Shown here piece by piece: positions 20,211 through 29,076 of a DNA stretch of 64,000 nucleotides (position 1 is the stretch's first letter; each line of letters begins with the position of its first letter). The notes beneath the pieces are model-generated. The model saw only the letters and a list, made by a program, of their open reading frames with translations, was not told the DNA's origin and ran no database searches. Origin of the DNA: Candidatus Limnocylindrales bacterium (GTDB lineage: Bacteria > Acidobacteriota > Terriglobia > Acidiferrales > UBA7541); contig DASPTY010000214.1 in assembly GCA_035623175.1 (NCBI GenBank), forward strand, positions 28,908 to 92,907, written 5' to 3'. The position numbers and the translations under genes were made by a program.

Positions 20211-20276
20211 AAATTAGAAAATAGAGACTGGAAATTGGAAGTCGGGCCTTTGTACGCTATTGGCTGTTGGCTTTGG
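20211..20276. repeat. Degenerate 7-nt tandem repeats
   Basis: aaattag-aaaatag-agactgg-aaattgg-aagtcgg, then ctattgg-ctgttgg-ctttgg. Confidence 0.5.
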
Positions 20277-20284
20277 AACTGTTC

Positions 20285-20761
20285 ATGCGCGTTTCCATTC
20301 TTACTATCAGTGACTCGGTCGAAAGCGGCAAACGCGAAGACCTCTCCGGTCCTGCCTTGGTGCAACGTTGCCGTGAGCTCGGCTGGGAAATCAGCTCTGC
20401 CCTGCATTGTTCGGATGATCCTTCTGAAGTCCGCAGCCAGCTTCGAACCGTCGCAGACTCTGGCCATACCGATGTTCTCCTCACCACTGGAGGCACGGGC
20501 CTCGGCCCCCGTGATCACGCGCCCGAAGCCACCCTCGACGTTGCCGACCGTACCATCCCCGGCCTAGCCGAGGAAATCCGCCGCAAAGGTGCAGAGAAAA
20601 CTTCCACAGCCGTCTTGTCTCGCGGCGTCGCTGTTGTCCGCCACAAAACCATTATCATCAATCTTCCCGGCAGTCCCAAAGGCGCGGTCGAATCCCTTGA
20701 TGTAATCACCCACTTGCTTCCCCACGCGGTGGAAGTCCTGCACGGCGCACACCACGGTTAG
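20285..20761 (+). CDS. mog: MogA/MoaB molybdopterin adenylyltransferase
   Basis: ILTISD..REDLSGP, TTGGTGLGPRD, LSRG, INLPGSPKG. Confidence 0.9.
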   Translation: MRVSILTISDSVESGKREDLSGPALVQRCRELGWEISSALHCSDDPSEVRSQLRTVADSGHTDVLLTTGGTGLGPRDHAPEATLDVADRTIPGLAEEIRRKGAEKTSTAVLSRGVAVVRHKTIIINLPGSPKGAVESLDVITHLLPHAVEVLHGAHHG

Positions 20762-20841
20762 TCCCTTCAGCAAGGCACACTTCCACGTTGCCTTCGCTCT
20801 TCCGGTCCACTAAGCCAGCAATTGATTGAAAGGACGAGTGT

Positions 20842-21186
20842 CTAGCGCGCAGCGGCCGCACTCGCGGTGACCGGCTTGTAGCCGCATGTGCTGGCTTTAC
20901 GCATCGCGTCCATGGCTTCAGCGGTGGTCATGAGCGCGGTGGTATGGCTGTTCCGCACCGCGCCACCTGCAACAAAGGCCATGGCAATCGCGGCAGCAGA
21001 CACGTTGTCTGGCATCTCGGTGATGACTACAGCGTCGTACTCCCCGAACGCAAAGTATCCCGACTCGATCCTGCCTCCGAGCTTCTCGATTGGGCCACGG
21101 ACGGCCTCAATGCGATCCTGCGGATTGGCAACGAGTCTGGCTAATGCTTCTGGAGTGTAACTGACTTGGTGAAGAAAGTAAGGCAT
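20842..21186 (-). CDS. GYD domain-containing protein
   Basis: PQDR..AV...IEKLGG....YFAFGEYD.V.I.EMPD; GAGGAGG SD. Confidence 0.8.
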   Translation of the reverse strand: MPYFLHQVSYTPEALARLVANPQDRIEAVRGPIEKLGGRIESGYFAFGEYDAVVITEMPDNVSAAAIAMAFVAGGAVRNSHTTALMTTAEAMDAMRKASTCGYKPVTASAAAAR

Positions 21187-21315
21187 GCGGACCTCCTCAA
21201 TCGGGCAATCAATCTAGGGGCCCAAGGGTCACTTACTATACACCTATCTGCCGCTTCGCGCCCGTCCCAAACGATTGTTGACCCCCTGCTCCTCCTCCGT
21301 AACAATGGTTTCACT

Positions 21316-22143
21316 ATGACCACCAAACTCGACACCATGCACCTCGCCGTTCTTGGCACAGGCAAACTCGGCAGTATCCTGGTGCGCGCCTATTTGAAGC
21401 AGGGCCTGTTCTCGCCAAAGCGTATCACCTGCACCGTGCGCCACGAAGAAAAAGCCGCCACTCTTGCCGTCGAACTCGGCGTCACCGGTGCCACGAATAA
21501 CCGCAAGGCCGTGAAAGGCGCCGACATTGTCCTACTGGCCGTAAAACCCCAGGTTGTCAGTGACGTCCTGAAGGAAATTAAGCCCGCGCTCACCAAAAAC
21601 ACGCTTGTGATATCCGTTGCCGCCTCGGTTCCGACTTCCTACATCGAGCAGCGCGTCGGGCCAAAAGTGCCGGTCATCCGTGCCATGCCGAACACATGCT
21701 CGACGGTCGGTTGTGGCATGACTGGCGTCTGCCGCGGCTCCCACGCTTCCCTCGAACATCTGGAAATTGCAAAGACGATGTTTGGCGCCGTCGGCCGCGC
21801 CGTCGTTGTGGACGAAAAAAACATGGATGCGGTCACCGGCCTTTCCGCCAGTGGCCCCGCCTTCGCCTACATCATCCTCGAATCGCTCGCCGAAGCGGGT
21901 GTCAAAGTGGGCCTCCCCCGCGACGTCGCCACGCTTCTCGCCGCACAGACCTTGAAAGGTTCTGCCAGCGTCGTCCTCGAAACCGGCGACCATCCCGCGC
22001 TGCTCAAGGATTCCGTCACGACTCCCGCCGGATGCACCATCGACGGCATTCTCGAACTCGAGGAAGGGAAGCTGCGGGTCACGCTGATCAAGGCCGTGGT
22101 AAAAGCCACGCATCGCGCCGGTGAACTTCTCTTTGAAAAATGA
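21316..22143 (+). CDS. proC: Pyrroline-5-carboxylate reductase
   Basis: GTGKLG, LAVKPQ, RAMPNT, TGLSASGPAF, VTTPAGCTI; start trimmed to ATG 21316. Confidence 0.95.
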   Translation: MTTKLDTMHLAVLGTGKLGSILVRAYLKQGLFSPKRITCTVRHEEKAATLAVELGVTGATNNRKAVKGADIVLLAVKPQVVSDVLKEIKPALTKNTLVISVAASVPTSYIEQRVGPKVPVIRAMPNTCSTVGCGMTGVCRGSHASLEHLEIAKTMFGAVGRAVVVDEKNMDAVTGLSASGPAFAYIILESLAEAGVKVGLPRDVATLLAAQTLKGSASVVLETGDHPALLKDSVTTPAGCTIDGILELEEGKLRVTLIKAVVKATHRAGELLFEK

Positions 22144-22219
22144 GTGCTTTTTTCGGCGTAACGAGCGCGCTTGCACTCTGCCCCGTTTTATGTGCTAGCA
22201 TTCGTTTTGGACACTCACT

Positions 22220-22594
22220 ATGCCTGCCGCTTACATCCCGGTTCTGATTTTCGCGCTGCTTGTTCTTTCATTTCCGGTTGTCGTTCTGCTTCTTTTCAAA
22301 CTGATTCGCCCGGAATCCCGAGGTGGCCCGGCAAAATTCCTGCCTTACGAATGCGGCATCCCTCCGGAAAGTAACGCCCGTGGGCGCTACTCCGCGCGGT
22401 TTTACGTTATTGCGATGCTCTTTGTCATATTCGACGTGGAAACCATGTTCCTTTTCCCCTGGGCCATTCTCTATCGTTCCTGGGTGGCCGCGCACATGGG
22501 CGCATTCGCTCTTATTTCCATGTTCGTCTTTCTCGGCATCCTTCTCGTTGGTTACATTTGGATCTACAAAAAAGGCGCGCTCGACTGGGCCTAG
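22220..22594 (+). CDS. nuoA: Complex I subunit A (operon 1)
   Basis: PYECG, FYVIAMLFVIFDVETMFLFPWA, KKGALDW. Confidence 0.96.
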   Translation: MPAAYIPVLIFALLVLSFPVVVLLLFKLIRPESRGGPAKFLPYECGIPPESNARGRYSARFYVIAMLFVIFDVETMFLFPWAILYRSWVAAHMGAFALISMFVFLGILLVGYIWIYKKGALDWA

Positions 22595-22914
22595 TCCGCG
22601 CCTCTTTTGCTTCCAGACTCCTGCGTGTCAACTCTTTGCTAGTGTCTCTGCCCCCCGAGCTGAAATTTCCACCTCTGTGTGTCCGTGCTCATTGACTGCC
22701 ATAGCTGCCTATGTTAGAAACGCAGGGAGCGATCGTAACAGCTGCGAGGTCGCGGATGACTGAGTCCGCCGAGAAGTGGCTTGCATGCTCTCGTTCCTTC
22801 CTCATCGTTGCGCGAGCTGATTTGCGGCCATTCTCAGAGTGGTAAGTATAAGGCCCCCTGCTCTTCAATTTTCGGGGCCGTTCAGGCGCAGCATACATAA
22901 TGGTCCCGGAGTCC

Positions 22915-23577
22915 ATGGCAGACGAGTCGAAGCCACCCCAATCGCCTGAGAGTCCCAAGCCGGAAACACCCGGCGCCGCACCCGCACAGCCTGCCGCCCC
23001 CAAAAGCGCAGCGCCCCCCGCAACTCCTCCCGCGGTGAAGCCTGCTGCTCCCGCTCCCAAGCCGCCCGTTCCTTTGCAGGTTCCGCTCGATAATGAACTT
23101 ACGAAGCGATATCGAGAACGCTTCGGCGTCGCCATTCTTGATGCGCTCGAAGATCGCAAGCAGCCCTATCTCGTCATCGACTCCGCGAGTCTCGCCGACA
23201 TCGCTCGTTATTCGTGTGACCAAGAGAAGTACGATCTTCTCGAGGATTACACGGCCGTTGACTGGCCTCGCCGTGAGAAGCGCTTCGATCTCGTCGCCGT
23301 TCTTTACTCGTTTCCGCACAACACCCGCCTCCGCCTGAAAATTCCCATTGCGGCGAACGAGCGCCCGACAAGCCTTGTCGAAATCTGGCCCACCGCCAAC
23401 TGGCTCGAGCGTGAAATCTTCGACATGTTCGGCATCGAATTTGCCGGCCACCCGGACATGAAACGCATACTCCTTCCGGACGGCTGGCAAGGGCATCCGC
23501 TCCGCAAGGACTATGACATTCTTCAGCAGGACGCCGCCTGGGTCCGAGAAAATCTCGGCATAGAAAGCGGCCAGTAG
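22915..23577 (+). CDS. nuoC: Complex I subunit C (operon 1) with Pro/Ala-rich N-terminal extension
   Basis: [39 protein letters not shown]. Confidence 0.95.
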   Translation: MADESKPPQSPESPKPETPGAAPAQPAAPKSAAPPATPPAVKPAAPAPKPPVPLQVPLDNELTKRYRERFGVAILDALEDRKQPYLVIDSASLADIARYSCDQEKYDLLEDYTAVDWPRREKRFDLVAVLYSFPHNTRLRLKIPIAANERPTSLVEIWPTANWLEREIFDMFGIEFAGHPDMKRILLPDGWQGHPLRKDYDILQQDAAWVRENLGIESGQ

Positions 23578-23588
23578 GACTGATAACG

Positions 23589-24731
23589 GTGGGAGACACT
23601 TTGCAGGAAGAGGCGATCAAGAACGGCGGCACGCTGCTCGGCGCAGACGAACTGGTCCTCAACATGGGACCGCAGCACCCTTCCACTCACGGCGTTCTGC
23701 GCGTAAAGCTCAAGCTCGATGGCGAACGCGTTCGCGGCACGGAATGTGTAATCGGCTATCTGCACCGCGGCGTTGAGAAGATTGCGGAAAGCCGTTCCTA
23801 CCAGCAATTCGCACCTTACGTTGACCGCATGGACTACGTCGCGGCGGTTAGCAATGGCCTTGGCTACTGTGAAGCCGTCGAAAAGTTGCTGAACGTCGAA
23901 GCGCCACCGCGCGCTCGGGTCATTCGCACGATTCTCACCGAACTGCAGCGTATCGCCAGCCATCTTGTTTGGCTAGGGACGCACGCTATGGATATTGGTG
24001 CGATCTCGCCTATCTTCTACTGTTTCCGTGAGCGCGAGGAAATTCTGAAAATCTTCGAAAAATACTGCGGAGCGCGGCTCACTACGCACGCCTTCCGCAT
24101 CGGTGGCCTGCAGTACGAGGCCTACGATGGTTTTGAGAAGGACGTCGAGCGTTTCTGCCTCGATTTCGAACGTCGTATCCAGGAATATGTTGACCTGCTC
24201 ACCGGAAACAGCATCTGGATGGGCCGTACCCGCAACGTGGGAGTCCTTAACACTGCCGACTGCATCGCTCTCGGCGCTTCCGGTCCCGTGCTGCGCGCAA
24301 GTGGCCTGAAATGGGACCTGCGGAAAGCGCAACCTTACGCCGCTTACGATCAGTACAAGTTTGAGATCCCCGTCGGCACGAACGGCGACACCTACGACCG
24401 GTATATGGTACGTATCGAGGAGATGCGCCAGTCGCGCCTCATCTGTCTGCAAGCCATCGAGAAAATTCCTGAAGGCGCCATTCTGGGCAAAGTCGGCAAG
24501 GTGCTAAAGCCGCAGCCCGGCGAGATCTACCACTCCATCGAAGCGCCCAAAGGCATCCTCGGCTATTACATTGTCAGCGATGGAACGACGCAGCCGTATC
24601 GCGTGCGCATTCGTCCGCCGTCATTCGTCAATTTGCAGGCCTTCGATAAAATGGTTCGCGGGCACCTGGTGGCCGATGTTGTAGCCATTATTGGTACCCT
24701 CGATATCGTCCTCGGCGAGGTGGACCGCTAG
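23589..24731 (+). CDS. nuoD: Complex I subunit D (operon 1)
   Basis: [42 protein letters not shown]; GTG start. Confidence 0.97.
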   Translation: MGDTLQEEAIKNGGTLLGADELVLNMGPQHPSTHGVLRVKLKLDGERVRGTECVIGYLHRGVEKIAESRSYQQFAPYVDRMDYVAAVSNGLGYCEAVEKLLNVEAPPRARVIRTILTELQRIASHLVWLGTHAMDIGAISPIFYCFREREEILKIFEKYCGARLTTHAFRIGGLQYEAYDGFEKDVERFCLDFERRIQEYVDLLTGNSIWMGRTRNVGVLNTADCIALGASGPVLRASGLKWDLRKAQPYAAYDQYKFEIPVGTNGDTYDRYMVRIEEMRQSRLICLQAIEKIPEGAILGKVGKVLKPQPGEIYHSIEAPKGILGYYIVSDGTTQPYRVRIRPPSFVNLQAFDKMVRGHLVADVVAIIGTLDIVLGEVDR

Positions 24732-24734
24732 CCC

Positions 24735-26114
24735 ATGAACCCCACCCTTCACGCCATCCTCATCTTTCTCCAGACCTGGTGGGTCGAACTCGTTTCCGGT
24801 GTTGTTATCGTCGCCGTTGTTCCTCTCGTCGCCGGATATCTCGTGCTGATGGAGCGCAAGCTTATGGCGGACATGCAAGCCCGTCTCGGCCCCATGCGTG
24901 TTGGCCCTCACGGCCTGCTCCAGCCCATCGCCGATGCATTCAAATTGCTCATCAAGGAAGACATTATTCCGGCTGACGCGGATAAGCTGATCTTCTGGCT
25001 CGCGCCGGTGATTTCCATGGTCGCCGCCTTGACCGCGATGGGAGCGATCGCCTTCGGCCCGGCCTTCCAGGTGGCCCGCGATATCAACGTCGGCATCTTG
25101 TTCGTCGTAGGTGTTAGTTCGCTCGGCTTCCTAGGAATCATCCTGGGCGGTTGGGCTTCCAACAGCCACTACTCCATCATCGGTGCGATCCGCAGCACTG
25201 CCCAGCTTGTCAGTTATGAAACGGCGGGTGGCCTGGCGATCGTGAGCGCGCTACTGCTGTCCGGGACGCTCAGCATCCGCGGCATTGTTGACGCGCAGCA
25301 AAAGAGCGGCGCCTGGTTCATCTTCCTCGCCCCTGTCGCTTTTTTCACCTATCTCGTCGCCTCGATCGCGGAAACCAACCGCGCGCCCTTCGATCTTCCC
25401 GAAGCCGAGTCCGAGTTGGTCGCCGGCTATATGACCGAGTACAGCGGCTTCCGCTGGGCTCTGTACTTCCTCGGTGAGTATGCCAACATGATCGTTGTCG
25501 GCTCCGTTGCCACGACGCTCTTCCTCGGTGGCTGGCTCCGGCCCTTCCCCAACGTTCATTGGCTTAACTGGATTGAATATCTCCCTGCTTTCTTTATCGC
25601 GATTGTCGGCGTTTATTGCATCTACCGGGCTGGGAAGCAGCCCGTGGCGATTCAGGTGGCGTTCATGTGGGCGGTGGCTCTGGCCTGCTTCGCGATCGCC
25701 GCTGTTCTTGCGGCTCCCTGGATTCTCCACGTCCTGCACAAATTTGGCGTGGCGGCTCCCCTCAATCTCGACTTTACTGTCCCCGGCCTGAATGGTGCCT
25801 TCTGGTTCCTGCTGAAGGTATCGGTCTACATTTACGTTTTCATGTGGCTGCGGTTCACTCTGCCCCGTTACCGGTTCGACCAGCTCATGCATCTCGGCTG
25901 GTACATCCTGATTCCTTTGGCCATCGTAAACGTCCTTGCGGTCGGCGTGGCCTTGTTGCTCGAATCCGCACTTGGCTGGAACCGGTGGCTGGCCATGGTT
26001 GTCACTACGATCATTACGATGGCTTTCGCGCTTTTCCTGGTTCATTTGCACGATAAACGCACTGCCGCGGCTTCCTCCGCCGCGGCCGTCACGACGGATT
26101 CCTATGCTGGATAG
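24735..26114 (+). CDS. nuoH: Complex I subunit H (operon 1), long form (459 aa)
   Basis: ERK..A.MQARLGP, QPIADAFKL, AETNRAPFDLPEAESELVAG, TLPRYRFDQLM. Confidence 0.96.
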   Translation: MNPTLHAILIFLQTWWVELVSGVVIVAVVPLVAGYLVLMERKLMADMQARLGPMRVGPHGLLQPIADAFKLLIKEDIIPADADKLIFWLAPVISMVAALTAMGAIAFGPAFQVARDINVGILFVVGVSSLGFLGIILGGWASNSHYSIIGAIRSTAQLVSYETAGGLAIVSALLLSGTLSIRGIVDAQQKSGAWFIFLAPVAFFTYLVASIAETNRAPFDLPEAESELVAGYMTEYSGFRWALYFLGEYANMIVVGSVATTLFLGGWLRPFPNVHWLNWIEYLPAFFIAIVGVYCIYRAGKQPVAIQVAFMWAVALACFAIAAVLAAPWILHVLHKFGVAAPLNLDFTVPGLNGAFWFLLKVSVYIYVFMWLRFTLPRYRFDQLMHLGWYILIPLAIVNVLAVGVALLLESALGWNRWLAMVVTTIITMAFALFLVHLHDKRTAAASSAAAVTTDSYAG

Positions 26115-26637
26115 CATCCTCTTCTACTTCTTCGCCGGTGTGGCCGTGCTCAGCGCGGCGCTGATGGTCACGCGCCGCAATGCCATCCACAGTGCAGTCT
26201 TCCTCATCACCACGCTTCTTGCGACCGCCGGCATTTTCCTGCAGCTTCGCGCCGAATTTCTCTTCATCGCGCAGATCATTCTCTACGTCGGCGGAATCAT
26301 GGTGCTGTTCATCTTCGTCATGATGCTGGTCCGACTCGATGTTGCGCTGCACCATATCCGCTTCCGGCTGCAACGGTTCGTCGCGCTCATCGTGGCACTC
26401 ACGCTTGGTGGCTACATTTCCGTCATTCTCTTTTGGGCACGCAAGCTGCCTGGGCAGGGCCTGTTCATTCAGGGTGCTGCGCCGGCTGAAAGGCTCTCTC
26501 CCAATTCCGAGCAGTTGGCGAAAAGCCTTTTCAGCAGCTACCTGCTGCCCTTTGAGATCGCCAGCGTCCTGCTGCTTGTCGCCATGGTTGGCGCCGTGGT
26601 GATGGCCAAGAACAAGAAAGGGGCCAACGAACCATGA
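26104..26637 (+). CDS. nuoJ: Complex I subunit J (operon 1)
   Basis: RNAIHSA, AEFL..QIILYVGGIMVLF, YLLPFEIASVLLLVAMVGA; ATG 26104 overlaps the nuoH end. Confidence 0.95.
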   Translation: MLDSILFYFFAGVAVLSAALMVTRRNAIHSAVFLITTLLATAGIFLQLRAEFLFIAQIILYVGGIMVLFIFVMMLVRLDVALHHIRFRLQRFVALIVALTLGGYISVILFWARKLPGQGLFIQGAAPAERLSPNSEQLAKSLFSSYLLPFEIASVLLLVAMVGAVVMAKNKKGANEP

Positions 26638-26936
26638 TGTCCCCGGCGCACTACCTGTTTCTCAGCCTGGCCCTGTTCATCATCGGCTGCATCGGCGTGA
26701 TCACGCGCCGCAACGTAATTATCGTCCTGATGTCCATCGAGCTGATTCTCAACGCCGTCAACATCAATCTCGTTCTTTTCTCGCGCATCTTTGGGGACGC
26801 CGCCGGGCAAGTCTTCGCCCTCTTCATCATCGCGGACGCCGCCGCCGAAGCCGCCATCGGCCTCGGCATCATCATCGCGTTCTTCCGCAATCGGGAAACC
26901 GTAATGGCCGACGAAATGGACCTCCTGAAATGGTGA
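26634..26936 (+). CDS. nuoK: Complex I subunit K (operon 1)
   Basis: RRNVI.VLMSIELILNAVN, AAAEAAIGL. Confidence 0.96.
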   Translation: MMSPAHYLFLSLALFIIGCIGVITRRNVIIVLMSIELILNAVNINLVLFSRIFGDAAGQVFALFIIADAAAEAAIGLGIIIAFFRNRETVMADEMDLLKW

Positions 26937-26943
26937 GCCCGAT

Positions 26944-29064
26944 ATGACTTCTCCTGGCTACTTCCTTGCTCACCTATGGCTCATCCCGCTGTTCCCGCTC
27001 ATCACCGCGGCGCTCATGCTTCTCGTCGGCCGTATCCTTCCAAAAAGCGCGGTCAGCTTTTTCTGTGTTGGCAGCGTTTTCCTTTCCTTTGTGCACGCCG
27101 CCGGCGCCGTACTCCAGTTGCGGAATCTTGATCCTCGCGTCTACCAGCAAATCCTTTTCGAGTGGGTCACGCCCGGCCTGATGCCTGCGTTCGGCGGACT
27201 CTCCCCGTTTGTCGCGGACTGGGGCTATCTCCTCGACCCTCTCTCCGCTGTGATGATTCTCGTCGTCACGGGCGTCGGTTTCCTCATCCACGTTTACTCC
27301 ATCGGCTACATGGGGCATGAAGGCGGCTACTACAGGTTCTTCGGGTACATGAATCTATTTATGTTTGCAATGCTCACGCTTGTCCTCGCCAACAACTTGC
27401 TTCTTCTTTTCGTTGGTTGGGAAGGTGTTGGTCTCTGCAGCTACCTTCTTATTGGTTTCTACTTCCTCAAGAAATCCGCCTCGGATGCAGGCAAGAAAGC
27501 GTTCATCGTTAATCGCGTCGGCGACACAGGCTTCCTCCTGGGCATCTTTTTCATTGCCACCACGTTTGGCACAATCCGCTTTACCTCTCATAATCTGCCC
27601 GACCCCGTGGCCTTCGCTGGCATCAAGGAAACGCTGGCTGCCATGCTCGAACAAGGCCGCCTGGCCTATGGCGCACCAGTGCTCACCGTCATTGCGCTGC
27701 TGCTCTTTTTTGGTGCCTGTGGGAAATCCGCGCAACTTCCTCTCTACGTATGGCTGCCCGATGCCATGGAAGGCCCCACGCCCGTCAGCGCGTTGATCCA
27801 CGCAGCCACCATGGTCACCGCCGGTGTCTACATGGTGGCGCGGATGAACGGCATCTACCAGCTTGCTCCCATCGCCATGGACTTGGTCGCAATCGTTGGC
27901 ACTCTCACCGCCATCTTCGCCGCTTCGATGGCCGTCGCTCAAACGGACATTAAGCGAGTCCTTGCCTATTCAACGATCAGCCAACTCGGATACATGTTCC
28001 TCGCTCTCGGGGTGGGCGCCTTCTCCGCAGGAATCTTCCACCTGATGACTCACGCTTTCTTCAAAGCGCTCCTCTTCCTCGGCGCCGGTAGCGTGATCCA
28101 CGCACTGTCCGGCGAGCAGGATCTGCGCAAGATGGGCGGCCTCTGGAACAGCATCCCCGCCACCTCCCGCCCGTTCCTCATCGCCACGCTCGCCATTGCC
28201 GGCATCCCGCCTCTCGCCGGCTTCTTCAGCAAAGACGAAATCCTCGGCCAGGCCTTTGAGCACCTGCCCTACCTCTGGTTTATCGGCCTTCTCACCGCTG
28301 GTCTAACAGCCTTCTACATGTTTCGGCTGCTCTTCCTGGCGTTCTTTGGCCTTTCTCGCGTCCCGCACGAACTCGAGGAGCACATTCACGAGTCGCCCAA
28401 GAGCATGACCGTCCCTCTCGCCATCCTCGCTCTTCTCTCCATTGTCGGCGGATGGTTCGCCTTCCCAGTTCTCTGGGGAGGTGAAAGCACCTTCGCGAAT
28501 TTCCTCGCGCCCGTCTTTCGCCGTGTTATTCCCGAAGCCGCCGAGGCCGGTCCGCAAACTGCCCTTGTCGATTTCCTGCTCATGCTCGCCTCTGTGGCCA
28601 TCGCGGTCTTCGGCATCTGGCTCGCCCACTTGATCTACATCAGGAACCCGCAGCTGCACGCAAAGCTCGCTGCCTCCTGGCCGCGTCTTCACAAGCTGTT
28701 GGTCAATAAGTACTACGTCGACGAAATCTACGACGCGCTATTTGTGAACCGCATCAAGGACCTCAGCACGGGCTTCGGCCTTTTCGACGCCAAAGTCATT
28801 GACGGAATCGGTGTAGACGGCTCGGCCTGGCTTGCTCGCGTCTTCTCTTCGATTTCCATGTGGTGGGATAAGTGGGTGGTGGACGGCCTCGTCAATTTCA
28901 TCGGCAAATTCACTCAATTTCTCAGCACGCCCATCCGGATGTTCCAGACTGGGGTTTTCTCCAGCTATGCCATGTTCATTCTGATTGGGCTTGCCGGCTT
29001 GCTTTTGTATTACGGATATCACATGCAGCACCACATGCAGGAGTTAATGCGCAATCTGCGCTGA
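26944..29064 (+). CDS. nuoL: Complex I subunit L (operon 1) with extended helix HL
   Basis: WEGVGLCSYLLIGF, KSAQLPLYVWLPDAMEGPTPVSALIHAATMV, HAFFKALLF; 706 aa. Confidence 0.97.
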   Translation: MTSPGYFLAHLWLIPLFPLITAALMLLVGRILPKSAVSFFCVGSVFLSFVHAAGAVLQLRNLDPRVYQQILFEWVTPGLMPAFGGLSPFVADWGYLLDPLSAVMILVVTGVGFLIHVYSIGYMGHEGGYYRFFGYMNLFMFAMLTLVLANNLLLLFVGWEGVGLCSYLLIGFYFLKKSASDAGKKAFIVNRVGDTGFLLGIFFIATTFGTIRFTSHNLPDPVAFAGIKETLAAMLEQGRLAYGAPVLTVIALLLFFGACGKSAQLPLYVWLPDAMEGPTPVSALIHAATMVTAGVYMVARMNGIYQLAPIAMDLVAIVGTLTAIFAASMAVAQTDIKRVLAYSTISQLGYMFLALGVGAFSAGIFHLMTHAFFKALLFLGAGSVIHALSGEQDLRKMGGLWNSIPATSRPFLIATLAIAGIPPLAGFFSKDEILGQAFEHLPYLWFIGLLTAGLTAFYMFRLLFLAFFGLSRVPHELEEHIHESPKSMTVPLAILALLSIVGGWFAFPVLWGGESTFANFLAPVFRRVIPEAAEAGPQTALVDFLLMLASVAIAVFGIWLAHLIYIRNPQLHAKLAASWPRLHKLLVNKYYVDEIYDALFVNRIKDLSTGFGLFDAKVIDGIGVDGSAWLARVFSSISMWWDKWVVDGLVNFIGKFTQFLSTPIRMFQTGVFSSYAMFILIGLAGLLLYYGYHMQHHMQELMRNLR

Positions 29065-29076
29065 AAGGCGTTTCGC

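Noticed and set aside
22595-22914. nuoB pseudogene in the nuoA-nuoC gap
   Set aside because: No NuoB motifs (ACCxxE, GCPP) recognised, and the gap is too short for the gene
23589-24731. Headless operon as a group 4 [NiFe] hydrogenase
   Set aside because: NuoD lacks the CxxC Ni ligands and keeps quinone-site His/Tyr and the GEVDR end; nuoA and nuoJ are present
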